A stretch of 64,000 nucleotides of DNA from an uncultured Pseudomonadota bacterium (lineage in GTDB: Bacteria > Myxococcota_A > Polyangia > Fen-1088), in assembly GCA_963847705.1 (NCBI GenBank), contig CAWKBC010000047.1:32001-96000 (forward strand), read 5' to 3'. A model generated the notes under the pieces. The model ran no database searches and was not told the origin of the DNA. It was given only the letters and a program-made list of their open reading frames with translations. Of this stretch, positions 1-9,600 are shown in pieces (position 1 is the stretch's first letter; the number at the start of each line of letters is the position of its first letter). Both the position numbers and the translations under genes were made by a program.

Positions 1-242
1 GGAGCATCTACGCCGGCTTCCTGGTGCACGGCACGGTGGCGATCTTGATGGACGTGCTGGCGCTCTATCGGCGCCACGGCCTGCCGACGGCGCTGACCCC
101 GAACGGGTCGCGCCACCTGAAGTTCCTCTACTGGTCGAGCCTGCTCTGGATCGCCTGGATCCTGACGGTCGCGGTGCTCGCGCTCAAAGTGTGGCGCGCA
201 ACCCGAGGCCGGCGCGATTCCGCGTCAGCCCCGGGCTCGTGA
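1..242 (+). CDS. C-terminal part of a CPBP (CAAX/Abi) family intramembrane metalloprotease, 5'-truncated
   Basis: The frame reads SIYAGFLVHGTVAILMDVLAL, resembling the last CPBP motif (SIWxGxxxH), followed by a hydrophobic helix. It is open at the window edge. Confidence 0.55.
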   Translation, partial: SIYAGFLVHGTVAILMDVLALYRRHGLPTALTPNGSRHLKFLYWSSLLWIAWILTVAVLALKVWRATRGRRDSASAPGS

Positions 243-301
243 GCTTCTTCTGATGGACCCTGCCGGGCGAGCCCGGCTTTGGTCCAGATTGTTCGAGAGC
301 G

Positions 302-553
302 TTACTTGCCCTCGGGCGCCGGGGCCTTCATCTCCTTGCCGCTGTCGCCCTTGGCCGCGTCGGTCTTGGTCGACTTTTTGGTGCTCTTCTTGGTCGACTT
401 CTTGGCGGGCTTGTCGGCGGCCGGCGTCGCGCTGCCTTCCTGTGCGACGACGTGCGACTTGGCGACCTGGTGTTTGGCGGGCGCCGCGAAAGCAGAGCCG
501 GCGGTGAGCGCGAGCATCGAAATTCCGAACAGCGTGGTGCGAATCATTTTCAT
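302..553 (-). CDS. Small secreted Lys/Ala-rich low-complexity protein (83 aa)
   Basis: GGAG RBS before the ATG at 553; signal peptide MKMIRTTLFGISMLALTAGSAFA; KKST repeats. Confidence 0.75.
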   Translation of the reverse strand: MKMIRTTLFGISMLALTAGSAFAAPAKHQVAKSHVVAQEGSATPAADKPAKKSTKKSTKKSTKTDAAKGDSGKEMKAPAPEGK

Positions 554-597
554 TCTCCGGGTTGGGGCGGTCTTGATTGACCGACGGAGATTGAGAT

Positions 598-613
598 TGC
601 AGCCGCGATGCCA
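598..613 (-). promoter_or_regulatory. Putative sigma-54 (-24/-12) promoter
   Basis: The minus strand reads TGGCATCGCGGCTGCA (GG-N10-GC), about 45 bp upstream of the 302..553 start. Confidence 0.55.
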
Positions 614-869
614 AGACGATCTTCGTCGCAACTCCGCCCCCTCCATGCCCCTTCGCGCTCCTCGGACCTCATCGTGGGGCGATCGCGCTGTGGCGGGGCC
701 GCCATTGCGCCGCTCGGCGGTTTATTCCCGGATCCGCGGCTTCGCTGCTGCCGGGGGGCTCGCCGGGGTTCGCCGCTTCGCGGCTCGCCGCCTGCGCGTT
801 GAACGTCGGCGATGTAGGTGCCCTGCCCATCCCCGACGTAGCCCTCCGTTCACGTGCGTGCGTCCGTCT

Positions 870-1039
870 GCGTTACGCGCGCATCGCCGCCCGCCGCCTG
901 GTCTGCCGTTCTTTCCGCGCGTGGGCTTTTTCGGCGGCGCGGGATGCCCTTCAATACGCGAGACGCATCCCGCGCCGCCGAAAAAGCTTCGTGCGGAAGG
1001 TCGCGATAACTCGAGCGGCGGCGTTCTCCCGCACGAAGC
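870..1039. repeat. Dispersed double-hairpin element family A, copy 1
   Basis: Perfect 23-bp inverted repeat at 925-947/965-987 and a second stem at 986-995/1030-1039. Positions 919-995 are identical to 15954-16030. Confidence 0.9.
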
Positions 1040-1052
1040 AAGGTTCAGGTTC

Positions 1053-1330
1053 GATGGAGAGCGAGTCAGTCGCGAGATGGAGAGGGAGTCAGTCGCGAGA
1101 TGGAGAGCGTGCCCTGTCGCGAGTCGAGAGGGAATCAGTCGCGAGATGGAGAGCGTGCCCTGTCGCGAGTCGAGAGGGAGTCAGTCGCGAGATGGAGTGT
1201 GTGCCCTGTTGCGAGTCGAGAGGGAGTCAGTCGCGAGATGGAGAGCGTGCCCTGTTGCGAGTCGAGAGGGAATCAGTCGCGAGATGGAGAGCGAGTCAGT
1301 CGCGAGGTCGAGCGCGAGTCTGTCGCGAGG
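1053..1330. repeat. Tandem array of ~23-bp subunits (46-bp higher-order period)
   Basis: Alternating GATGGAGAGCGTGCCCTGTCGCGA and GTCGAGAGGGAGTCAGTCGCGA, about 12 subunits. Confidence 0.9.
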
Positions 1331-1458
1331 TCCAGTGCTCGCGGGCGACACAGGCCCCGGGTGCAAGCGGGTCTAACTGCGAACGGTGTAACTGCGAACC
1401 TCTCCGGCCGCGAACGGAGCCGGCACGCGTGGCCTGGAGCGGAAGGGGGAAAGGGCGG

Positions 1459-4017
1459 CTAGCCCAGCCAGTACGCCAGCTTGAGCAGGACGACATCGTC
1501 CGCCGCGCGCCCCCGCCAGATCGGCGCGAGCTCGAACTGCGCGCTCCCGCCGGGCCCCACCGTCAGCGCCGGCGTCTGCGCGCGCGTGTAAACCAGGAAC
1601 AAGGTGGAGCCGAGGCGGTACTCCCAGCGCAGCACCAGGTTGACGTTCAACGTCGCCTGTTCCGTGTCGGGATTCCCGGATGGAGCGCCGGCCGGCATGA
1701 GCGCCGCGAATGGCACCTGCTCGCGGAACGCCGTCTTGGGATAGACGAAGAACGAGCTGTAATGAACGGAGGCGAGAAAGAGCTGCGTGTAGAACTGCAG
1801 CGAGAGCTCGGGGGTGAAGGTGTAAGCCGCTCGCACCGTGATTCCGGCGCTGTTGGCGTTCTGGGTCGCGAACCGGTAGTCGGCGGGAGAGCCGATCTCG
1901 ACCAGCGAGGCGTCAGACCCGACGTAGCGGCGCAGCCCGTGGTCGAAGACCGCCGTCGGGAGCAGCGTCAACTCGAGCTCCGGTCGAAACCGCAGCGTGA
2001 GCTGGGCGTTGGTCTGGAGATAGGCGCCAAAGCCACTCTCGCGCCGTTCGGCGGCTCCCGACCAGGCGAAGGTGACCCGTCGGCGCGGGTCGGTGGAGAG
2101 CGTGGCGATCGCGCCGCCGCTGGCCGGGAACTGCAGCGCCGAGCCGTCGCCCATCTCGCGATCGTCCGAGTAGCGCCCGCGGAGGTTGGCCTCGAGATAG
2201 AACGACCAGAAGTTGCGCAGCGTCCAGGTGGTGGTGAGCGCGATCCCCTGCCACAGCCGGACGCCGTCCAGAGTCTCGCGGACGTTGAGCTGAAATCCGG
2301 TGGTCGTCTCGCGCGTCACCCACCAGGGCTGTAGCGTCCGGTAGGCGAGGTTGAAGTAACCTTGATAGTCGTTCTTGCGCTCGAGGTAGCCGGCGTCGTT
2401 GAACTCGAGCTCGCGGCCGGTGAGGTGTTGCCAGCCGTTCCACAGCCAGTGCGCCCCGCCTTCCTTTCCGACGTAAGCCGAGAGCCCCCCCGCCGTGTCG
2501 CCGGGCACGATCGGGATCCCATCGGGCTCGCTGCGCGCCGGCCCGCGCGACAGCACGCTGCCGATCGCCTGCCAGGCCGCCGCGTAGTCGCCCGAGGCCG
2601 AGCGCCAGCGTCCGTCGAGGCTGAGCACATAGGCGTCGTTGGTGCAGCGGCCGTCGGCCGCGGGCAGCGCCTGAGTGGCCGGGCAGCGGGCGCCCGCCGG
2701 CAGCTCGGGCTCGAAGCGGTTGGTGGCGGTCGCCATCAACCCGACGTCGGCGTTGGCGGCGATGAGGCGCTTCAGGCGCAGGACGTTGAAGGCGGTCGGC
2801 GGATTGACCAGTCGACTGACCCGCGTGCCGTCGGCCGTCTGCACCAGGGCGTCGTTCTCGCCGGTGACCGCCGACATGACGCCCACGGTGGTCTTGCCGC
2901 CGATCGTGCCGGAGACCTTGGCTGCGCCGTAGATCGCGGAAGGGTCGGGTTGCGCGTAGAGCAGCTCGCCGGTGTTGAGCGTCGGCAGCGCCGGCTGGCG
3001 ACCGATGCGACGGGTGTAGAGGATGGGGCGGATGGTGGCGAAGACGTCGAGCCCTTCCAGGAAGAAGGGCCGCTTTTCGGGGAAGAACGTCTCGAAGGTC
3101 GACAGGTTCAGGATGACGGTGTCTGCGTCGACCTGGCCGAAGTCGGGGTTCACGGTGAGGTCGAGCGTCAGCTCGTTGGTGAGGTGCGCCTTGGCGTCGA
3201 GCCCGGCCGAGAGGTGCGTGAAGGTGCCGTGCTCGATCGAGCTGGCGTCGGCGCCGGCGTCCCGGTGCTCGAGCTTGCCGAGGACGAACGGGCGCAGCTC
3301 GAAGCGGCCCGGCGGCGGCAGCCCCACGAGATCGTCGAGGCGGCCGAAGTAAGAGACGAAACCGGCCGCCCGCCGCGGGAAATAAGCCCAGTCGTCGGTC
3401 TCCTGGCGCGCGTCGATGGCGCGCCGGACCTGAAAGCCCCAGGAGGCGACCGGGCGCGCGGTGAAACGGAGGCTGGAAAGCGGGATGCGCATCTCTGCGC
3501 TGTAGCCGTGGTCGGTGGTGGCGACCTTGGCCTCCCAGATGGCGTCCCAGTCTGCCGAGTAGCCGGTGTCGTTGTAGTGGATCGCGTCGACCAGGACGCC
3601 GGCGGCGTTGACCTGGAAATGGTAGGCGCTGACGCCGTCGCTGCGGCTGTCGATGTCGAGCCAGACGCCGTCCGAGGGGAGCGAGCCGTCGCGCCGCTGC
3701 AGCCGCCGGACGATCGGCGAGTGGACCTGCGTGCAGTCGATGCCGATGTAGAGGTTCTTGTCGTCGTAGAGGACGCGCACCTCGGTGTGCTCGCTGGGGG
3801 CGGCCCCTTCGTCGGGGTAGTGCTGCGTGAACGCGTCCGAGGGGATGGCGGCGCGCCACACCAGGTCGTTCAGGTGGCCGTCGATCTTGGGCGGCGCCGG
3901 TGTCCGCACGGCGCGGATGTGGGGCCGTGGCGGCAGCAGGATGGCCCCGCCCGGAAGGCGCGGGGGCGCGATCGCTTGGGCCAGCACCAGCGCGAGAACG
4001 GGAGCGGAGGTCAACAC
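1459..4017 (-). CDS. DUF5916 / CBM9-like domain outer-membrane protein
   Basis: PPKIDGHLNDLVW CBM9-like N-terminus, TVNPDFGQVDAD and FFPEKRPFFLEG motifs, C-terminal LKLAYW. Start estimated at GTG 4017. Confidence 0.8.
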   Translation of the reverse strand: MLTSAPVLALVLAQAIAPPRLPGGAILLPPRPHIRAVRTPAPPKIDGHLNDLVWRAAIPSDAFTQHYPDEGAAPSEHTEVRVLYDDKNLYIGIDCTQVHSPIVRRLQRRDGSLPSDGVWLDIDSRSDGVSAYHFQVNAAGVLVDAIHYNDTGYSADWDAIWEAKVATTDHGYSAEMRIPLSSLRFTARPVASWGFQVRRAIDARQETDDWAYFPRRAAGFVSYFGRLDDLVGLPPPGRFELRPFVLGKLEHRDAGADASSIEHGTFTHLSAGLDAKAHLTNELTLDLTVNPDFGQVDADTVILNLSTFETFFPEKRPFFLEGLDVFATIRPILYTRRIGRQPALPTLNTGELLYAQPDPSAIYGAAKVSGTIGGKTTVGVMSAVTGENDALVQTADGTRVSRLVNPPTAFNVLRLKRLIAANADVGLMATATNRFEPELPAGARCPATQALPAADGRCTNDAYVLSLDGRWRSASGDYAAAWQAIGSVLSRGPARSEPDGIPIVPGDTAGGLSAYVGKEGGAHWLWNGWQHLTGRELEFNDAGYLERKNDYQGYFNLAYRTLQPWWVTRETTTGFQLNVRETLDGVRLWQGIALTTTWTLRNFWSFYLEANLRGRYSDDREMGDGSALQFPASGGAIATLSTDPRRRVTFAWSGAAERRESGFGAYLQTNAQLTLRFRPELELTLLPTAVFDHGLRRYVGSDASLVEIGSPADYRFATQNANSAGITVRAAYTFTPELSLQFYTQLFLASVHYSSFFVYPKTAFREQVPFAALMPAGAPSGNPDTEQATLNVNLVLRWEYRLGSTLFLVYTRAQTPALTVGPGGSAQFELAPIWRGRAADDVVLLKLAYWLG

Positions 4018-4045
4018 GGGCGCCGGCCATTGTATAACCGCGGCG

Positions 4046-5119
4046 ATGGCGCTCGTGGAACGGCTCGCGGAGTTGGTGTCGTTCGACACCCAGAATCCCG
4101 ACGGGGAAGAACAGCCGCTCGTGCACCGCCTGGCGGGCGAGCTGGCGGCGCTCGGCGCGCGCACCGTCGACGAGGTGGCCGTGGGCGACCATGCCTACGT
4201 CTACGCCCGGTTCGGCGAGGGGCCGCCCCGGCTGCTGGTGAACGCTCACCTCGATACCGTGCCGGCCAACAGCGGCTACACGTCGCCGCCCCACCTGCTC
4301 GTACAGCGCGGCGATCGCCTGTTCGGCCTGGGCACCGCCGACACCAAGGGGGCCATCGCGGCGGTGCTGGAGGTGCTGGCGGAGCGAAAGCCCAGCCGCG
4401 CGGTCGGCATCCTGTTCTCGGGCGACGAGGAGCACGGCCAGACCTGCATGGACGCCTTCTTGGCCAGCGAGGCAGCCGCCGGGCTGGAGCGGGCCGTCGT
4501 CTGTGAGCCGACCGGCTGCCGGGTTGGCGTCCGCCACCGCGGCATCGGGGCGGCCAAGGTGTCGCTGGAGGGGCCGGGCGGGCACTCCTCGCTGGTCGAC
4601 GGGCTCGTCAATCCGGTCGCCGTGCTGGCACGGGCCGCGGTCGCGCTCGACGAGATGGGGCTCGCGCATCGAGGCAAGGGACCGGCCGGGTTCCCGGGGA
4701 TCAACCTCAACGTGGCGGCGCTCGAGGGCGGGATCGCCTTCAACGTCGTGCCGACGCGGGCGACGCTGTCGTTCTCGCTTCGCCCGGCGCCCGGGACCAA
4801 CATCCACCAGCTCTTCACCGAGGCCGAAGCGCGGGTGCGGGCCGCCGTCGCGCCGCACGCCATCGCCTGGACGCTGGTGAAGGCGAGCTTGCCGTTCGCC
4901 ACCCGCGACCTCTCGGCGTTCGCCCCGCTCCTCGGGGAGCGGTTGCAGACCGCTGTCGATCTGGGGTTCTGGACCGAAGCCGCCAGCCTCTCCCAGCATG
5001 GCATCGACGCGGTGGTCTTCGGTCCGGGCGAGGTGGGGCAGGCGCACGCCGCCGACGAGTTCGTCACCATCGCCGATCTCGAGACGGCGCGGGCCACGTT
5101 CGCGACGGTGCTCGGCTGA
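4046..5119 (+). CDS. argE: Acetylornithine deacetylase (M20 family)
   Basis: NAHLDTV, GLGTADTKG, SGDEE, CEPT and AHAADE metal-binding motifs; coupled to an arg gene. Confidence 0.8.
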   Translation: MALVERLAELVSFDTQNPDGEEQPLVHRLAGELAALGARTVDEVAVGDHAYVYARFGEGPPRLLVNAHLDTVPANSGYTSPPHLLVQRGDRLFGLGTADTKGAIAAVLEVLAERKPSRAVGILFSGDEEHGQTCMDAFLASEAAAGLERAVVCEPTGCRVGVRHRGIGAAKVSLEGPGGHSSLVDGLVNPVAVLARAAVALDEMGLAHRGKGPAGFPGINLNVAALEGGIAFNVVPTRATLSFSLRPAPGTNIHQLFTEAEARVRAAVAPHAIAWTLVKASLPFATRDLSAFAPLLGERLQTAVDLGFWTEAASLSQHGIDAVVFGPGEVGQAHAADEFVTIADLETARATFATVLG

Positions 5120-6267
5120 TGGAGGCGGAGATCGTCCAGCGCTTCCTGGAGAGCGTCGGCGCCAAGGCCGACATCGACCTCTACCTGAAGCTGTTTCGCT
5201 CGCAGCGCAAGGAGAGCTTCGCCATCCTCTCGCTCAACGCGCAGATCGTGAAGAGCGCGCTCGATCCGGTGCACTTCGATCTGCGCATCCTGGCCGGGCT
5301 CGGCCTCTTGCCCGTCGTGTTGCTGGGCCTCTTCGAACCGAAGGACGCCGACGCGCAGGCGACGCGCGTCTCCGACTGGCTGCTGGAAGACGCGGTCCCC
5401 TGCGAGGTGATTCGCGGCGACGCCGAGATGAGCGCGGCGACCGTCGACGCCATCCGCGCCGTCATCGCGCGCGGCGCGATCCCGTTGGTCTCCGTCGAGG
5501 CGGCCGCGGCGCTGACCATCGACGCGCGCTTCCGGCTGCTCGCCGGGCTGGCGACGGCGCTGGAGACGCGCAAGGTGGTGTTCCTCAGCCGCCGGCCCGG
5601 CCTGGTGGTGGGCGGCGACAAACCGCCCTCGGTGGTCAGCCTGGCCACCGACACGGAGCGGCTGCTGGCCCCCGGAGCGCTCTCGCGCGGACAGGCCTTG
5701 CTGCTCCGCCAGGTCAAGCGGCTGCTCGAGCAGGTGCCGCATTCGATGGGCGTCAACATCGTCAACCCGCTGCAGTTCCTGCGCGAGCTCTTCACGGTCA
5801 ACGGCGCCGGCACGCTGATCCGACGCGGCTCGCGCATCGACGTGCGCGAAGGCTGGGAGGCGGTCGATCCGGCGCGGCTGCGGGCGCTCTTCACCTCGGC
5901 GTTCGGGCGCGAAATCCGCGACGACTTCTTTGCCCGCCCGATCGCGCGCACCTTCGTCGAGGAGAGCTACCGCGGCGCCGCCGTGGTCGCCGAGACCGCG
6001 GTGGCCCCTTATCTGACCAAGTTCGCCGTCGAGCGGCAGGCCCAGGGCGAAGGCCTCGGCAGCGAGATCTGGTCGCTGGTCACGCGCGACTACCCGGAGT
6101 TCTTCTGGCGCTCGCGCCCGGAGAACCCGATCACCGCCTGGTACGTCAAGCAGTGCGACGGCCTCCTGCGCTTCCCCAAGTGGCACGTCTTCTGGCGCGG
6201 CCTCCCGGTCGAGACCATCCCCTCCGCGGTCCAACACGCGCTCGCCGCCGACAGCGACTTCGGCTAG
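5119..6267 (+). CDS. N-acetylglutamate synthase/kinase-like protein (AAK + DUF619 NAT domain)
   Basis: RELFTVNGAGTLIRRG linker, YLTKFAV..QGEGLG and FWRSRPENPI motifs of NAGS-K/vertebrate-type NAGS. Confidence 0.8.
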   Translation: MEAEIVQRFLESVGAKADIDLYLKLFRSQRKESFAILSLNAQIVKSALDPVHFDLRILAGLGLLPVVLLGLFEPKDADAQATRVSDWLLEDAVPCEVIRGDAEMSAATVDAIRAVIARGAIPLVSVEAAAALTIDARFRLLAGLATALETRKVVFLSRRPGLVVGGDKPPSVVSLATDTERLLAPGALSRGQALLLRQVKRLLEQVPHSMGVNIVNPLQFLRELFTVNGAGTLIRRGSRIDVREGWEAVDPARLRALFTSAFGREIRDDFFARPIARTFVEESYRGAAVVAETAVAPYLTKFAVERQAQGEGLGSEIWSLVTRDYPEFFWRSRPENPITAWYVKQCDGLLRFPKWHVFWRGLPVETIPSAVQHALAADSDFG

Positions 6268-6336
6268 CGGCGGCTCAGGGGGCGCCGAACACCGGCGGCG
6301 TGGTCCGCACGCGGCCTATCGCATAGGATCCTGGGC

Positions 6337-6780
6337 ATGACCCGAACGGATGTCATCGAGAAGATCGTGACCGCCAGGCTCGCCAAGAAGCTCACCTGGA
6401 AGGCCTTGGCCGAGGCCTGTGGACGCAGCGAGGTCTGGACGACCTCGGCGCTGCTCGGCCAGCAGGCCATGAGCGCGGAAGAAGCGACGGCTGCGGGGCG
6501 GCTGCTCGGCCTCGGTGCCGAGGAGGTGGCGCTCTTGCAGGTTCCGCCATCGAAGGGCTCGCTCGGCGCCCAGATCTCGACGGATCCGTTGATCTATCGA
6601 TTCCACGAGATCGTTCAGGTGTACGGGACGACGCTCAAGGAGCTGATCCACGAGAACTTCGGAGATGGGATCATGAGCGCGATCGATTTCGAAATGAACG
6701 TGGAGAAGGTCCCGGATCCCAAGGGGGACCGGGTGAAGGTGACGATGCACGGCAAGTTTCTCCCTTACCGCAAGTGGTGA
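6337..6780 (+). CDS. cynS: Cyanase
   Basis: TDPLIYRFHEI, FGDGIMSAIDF and GKFLPY motifs. Confidence 0.95.
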   Translation: MTRTDVIEKIVTARLAKKLTWKALAEACGRSEVWTTSALLGQQAMSAEEATAAGRLLGLGAEEVALLQVPPSKGSLGAQISTDPLIYRFHEIVQVYGTTLKELIHENFGDGIMSAIDFEMNVEKVPDPKGDRVKVTMHGKFLPYRKW

Positions 6781-6857
6781 GCGACGGAGCAGCAGGTGTG
6801 GGCGCCCCGGGGCCTCGAGGGGGGAATCGAAGGATCTCGTCAGGCGGGCGCTGAGCG

Positions 6858-8141
6858 TCAGATCCGTTCGTCGCACTCCGCCCGCATGACGTCGTCGATC
6901 GTCTCGCGGCGCGACACCAGGGTGGCGTGGCCCTCGTCCCAGAAGACTTGCGGGACGCGGCCGAGGGAGACGTAGTTCGAGCTCATCGAGGCGCCGTAGG
7001 CGCCGGCGTCGTGCAGCACCAGCAGGTCGCCCACCTCCGGCTGCGGCAACGGGCGCGGGTCGAGCAGCTCCTTGTCGTCGCGGGTGAAGACGTCGCCGCT
7101 CTCGCACAGCGGGCCGGCCACGACGAACGGCTCGGGGGTGCGGGCCGCGCCCTTTCCGACGATCGAGATGTGGTGGTACGAGCCGTACATGGCCGGGCGG
7201 ACCAGATCGTTGAAGCCGGCGTCCACCATGATGAAGCGGTGGCCGGGGCCCTTGGGGTTCGACTCGGTCCTCTTGAGATCCTTCACCCGGCAGACCAGCA
7301 GCCCCGCCGCAGCGATGGGATAGCGCCCCGGTTCGATCTCGACGCGGATCTGGCGCCCGGCCGCCCTGGCCAGCACGGCCGCCACCTCGACCAGCAGCTT
7401 GCGAAAGCCGATGAGGTCGTAGCTGGGCGCGCCCGGGCGATAGGGGTGCGGGATGCCGCCGCCCAGATTGATCGCCTCGATGTGGGGAAACTCCGACAGG
7501 CGCGGCGTCATCATCTCCACGAAGCGGCGCAGGTTCTCGTCGAACTCCGCGATGCGCGGGCCGGTCCCGAGGTGGGCGTGCAGCTCGATGACCGGCAGCT
7601 TGGCGGCGATCGCGCGGGCGCGCAGCTCGCCCAGCGCCTCGTGCCAGATCCCGTGCTTCGAAGAGGGACCGCCGGTGTCGCACGACTGGACGTGGCCGTG
7701 TCCGAAGCCCGGGTTCACCCGCACGGCGATGGGGCCGGTGTAGCCAGCGCCGTGCAGCTCGTCGATCATGCCCGGTGAGCCGACGTTCGGAAGCACGCCA
7801 TGCTCCAGCACGGCGGTGAGCGCGTTGTCGCGCAGCACGTCGGCGGTCAGCATGACCACGGGCGGCTTCGCCCCCATGGGGAACCCGGCCCGACGCGCCC
7901 GCAGGACCTCGTTGCCGCTCACGGCATCGATCCAGAGCCCCGCGGCGCGCACCGCCTCCAGCACCTTCCAGTTGGAGTTCGCCTTCATCGCGTAGCGTGC
8001 TTGCAGGGCGTCCCCTGCCGTCAGCGCCGCCAGGGCGTTCAGGCGCCGGCGCAGCTCGGCGGCGTCGTAGAGGTAGAACGGTGTTCCGACCTGATCGGCG
8101 AGGCGTTCGAGCGGATAGGCGGCGAGATCGAGCGACGGCAT
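6858..8141 (-). CDS. lysA: Diaminopimelate decarboxylase
   Basis: RYAMKAN (PLP lysine), SKHGI, IEPGRY, GPLCESGD and GAYGASMSSNY motifs. Confidence 0.92.
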   Translation of the reverse strand: MPSLDLAAYPLERLADQVGTPFYLYDAAELRRRLNALAALTAGDALQARYAMKANSNWKVLEAVRAAGLWIDAVSGNEVLRARRAGFPMGAKPPVVMLTADVLRDNALTAVLEHGVLPNVGSPGMIDELHGAGYTGPIAVRVNPGFGHGHVQSCDTGGPSSKHGIWHEALGELRARAIAAKLPVIELHAHLGTGPRIAEFDENLRRFVEMMTPRLSEFPHIEAINLGGGIPHPYRPGAPSYDLIGFRKLLVEVAAVLARAAGRQIRVEIEPGRYPIAAAGLLVCRVKDLKRTESNPKGPGHRFIMVDAGFNDLVRPAMYGSYHHISIVGKGAARTPEPFVVAGPLCESGDVFTRDDKELLDPRPLPQPEVGDLLVLHDAGAYGASMSSNYVSLGRVPQVFWDEGHATLVSRRETIDDVMRAECDERI

Positions 8142-8221
8142 CTTGGCGAACTATCCCAGATGCGGCCCCCTGGTCAACGTCGCAAACGTTGCAAGGCCGC
8201 GAGGTCGCACCGCCGCGCCCG

Positions 8222-9553
8222 TCAAGCGCGGGACGGTTCGATGTCGGGGAGCCGGGGCTTCTGCGATGTGAGCGCGATCGGCGAGCGACGCGGCAGCGTG
8301 ATGGTGAACGCGGCGCCCGCCCCCACCGCGCTGGTGACCGAGATCTTCCCCCCCAGCGCCTTGCACAGCTCGCTGGTGATCCAGAGCCCCAGCCCGAGCC
8401 CGGGGTGCTGCCGCTGGCCGCTGGCGCGCTCGAAGCGTCGGAAGATCCGCTGCTGATCCTCGGCCGAGATGCCGATGCCGTGGTCGCGCACGATGAGCTG
8501 GACGACGTCGGCGGTGCCGCGCCCTTCGATCTCGATCCCGCCGCCGGCGCCGTACTTCACGGCGTTGGCGATCAGGTTGGTGACGATCTGGTCGAGGCGC
8601 GCCTCATCCCACAGACCGACCAGCGGCTCGGGAAGATCGATCTTCATCGCGCAGGAGGCGGCCGCGGCGTCGGGCGCGAACCGCTGCGCCACCTCGCGCG
8701 CCAGCGCCGCCAGATCGACCCGATCGAAGTTCAGCTCGAGGCGCCCCGCGGTGAGGCGCGACATGTCCAGCATCCCGTCGATCAGGCCCGACAGGCGACC
8801 CGCCTGCCGCGCGATGGAGCCGATGCGCTGCCGCTCGACGTCGCCGAGGACGCCGCCCGGCGTGAGGGAGACGGCGCGCTCGACGGCGTCGATCTGCAGC
8901 AACAGCGAGGTGAGGGGGGTGCGCAGCTCGTGCGCGGCGATGGCCAGAAACTCGTCGCGGGCCGCGATGGCCGCCTCGGAGGCGCGCGCGCGGGTATCGG
9001 CCTCGGCGCCCGCGCGCCGGAGCGCGGCCTCCCGCGCGTGCAGCCGGCCGTAGGAGCCGGAGATGTAGGCCGCCAGCATCACCATGATCGCCGCCGTCCC
9101 CGCCCACTGCCAGCACAGCGCAGGCGTGGTGCCGGCGGCGGTCAAGATGCCGAGCCCGCCGGCCAGCATCGCCAGCCCCGAGCCGATGATCGCCGCCGGA
9201 TGATCCTGAATCACGACGGCGATCGCCACCGGGAGCGCCAGCATCCAGTGAAAAAGAGGGCTGGCCACCCCGCCGGTGAGGGCCGCCAGCGCCGCGTAAA
9301 ACGCCGTCGAGAACACGGCCAGCGCCAGCATCAGCTCACGCGTGCGCTCCCGCCCGGCGCCGCGGAGGTTGAGCGCCGTCGCCACGATGAACAGCGCCCA
9401 GAGTAGCCGCACCACCAGCGGCCGCCAGGCGAAGTAACCGAGCGTGATCCGATCGGTCGCCGCAAACAGCACGATGATGCCGGCGCAGAGCAGGAGGACC
9501 CGCTGCCGCTCGCGCGTGCCGTCCGTCGACCTGCTGCGGTCCGCCTCGCCCAT
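8222..9553 (-). CDS. Membrane sensor histidine kinase
   Basis: N-terminal TM helices; AAHELRTPL H-box, NLIANAVKY, DHGIGI and GLGLGL. Confidence 0.9.
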   Translation of the reverse strand: MGEADRSRSTDGTRERQRVLLLCAGIIVLFAATDRITLGYFAWRPLVVRLLWALFIVATALNLRGAGRERTRELMLALAVFSTAFYAALAALTGGVASPLFHWMLALPVAIAVVIQDHPAAIIGSGLAMLAGGLGILTAAGTTPALCWQWAGTAAIMVMLAAYISGSYGRLHAREAALRRAGAEADTRARASEAAIAARDEFLAIAAHELRTPLTSLLLQIDAVERAVSLTPGGVLGDVERQRIGSIARQAGRLSGLIDGMLDMSRLTAGRLELNFDRVDLAALAREVAQRFAPDAAAASCAMKIDLPEPLVGLWDEARLDQIVTNLIANAVKYGAGGGIEIEGRGTADVVQLIVRDHGIGISAEDQQRIFRRFERASGQRQHPGLGLGLWITSELCKALGGKISVTSAVGAGAAFTITLPRRSPIALTSQKPRLPDIEPSRA

Positions 9554-9600
9554 GCACCGGATTCTAACGCCGGGGCGGGGCTGGCGGCGTGGGCGCCCTC

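Noticed and set aside
925-987. Bidirectional rho-independent terminator
   Set aside because: The T-tract lies before and the A-tract after the stem, so neither strand has a 3' U-tract.
996-1029. 34-nt loop as a guide or spacer
   Set aside because: The two loops are alignable diverged homologs, and I saw no target in the window. With only two copies a guide role is unsupported.
1053-1330. Possible CRISPR array (also 15614-15954 and 41697-41814)
   Set aside because: Units are contiguous with no unique spacers, and there are no cas genes in the window.
799-2334. ORFs sharing the peptide RAWAFSAARDALQYARRIPRRRKSFVR with 15672..16349
   Set aside because: This is a translation of the non-coding DNA repeat; the identity is at nucleotide level and tracks the hairpin.
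1913-5047. Very long alternative-frame and antisense ORFs (also 29470..32619, 37282..39684, 48463..50772)
   Set aside because: These are Arg/Pro/Gly-rich shadows of real genes, expected at this GC content.
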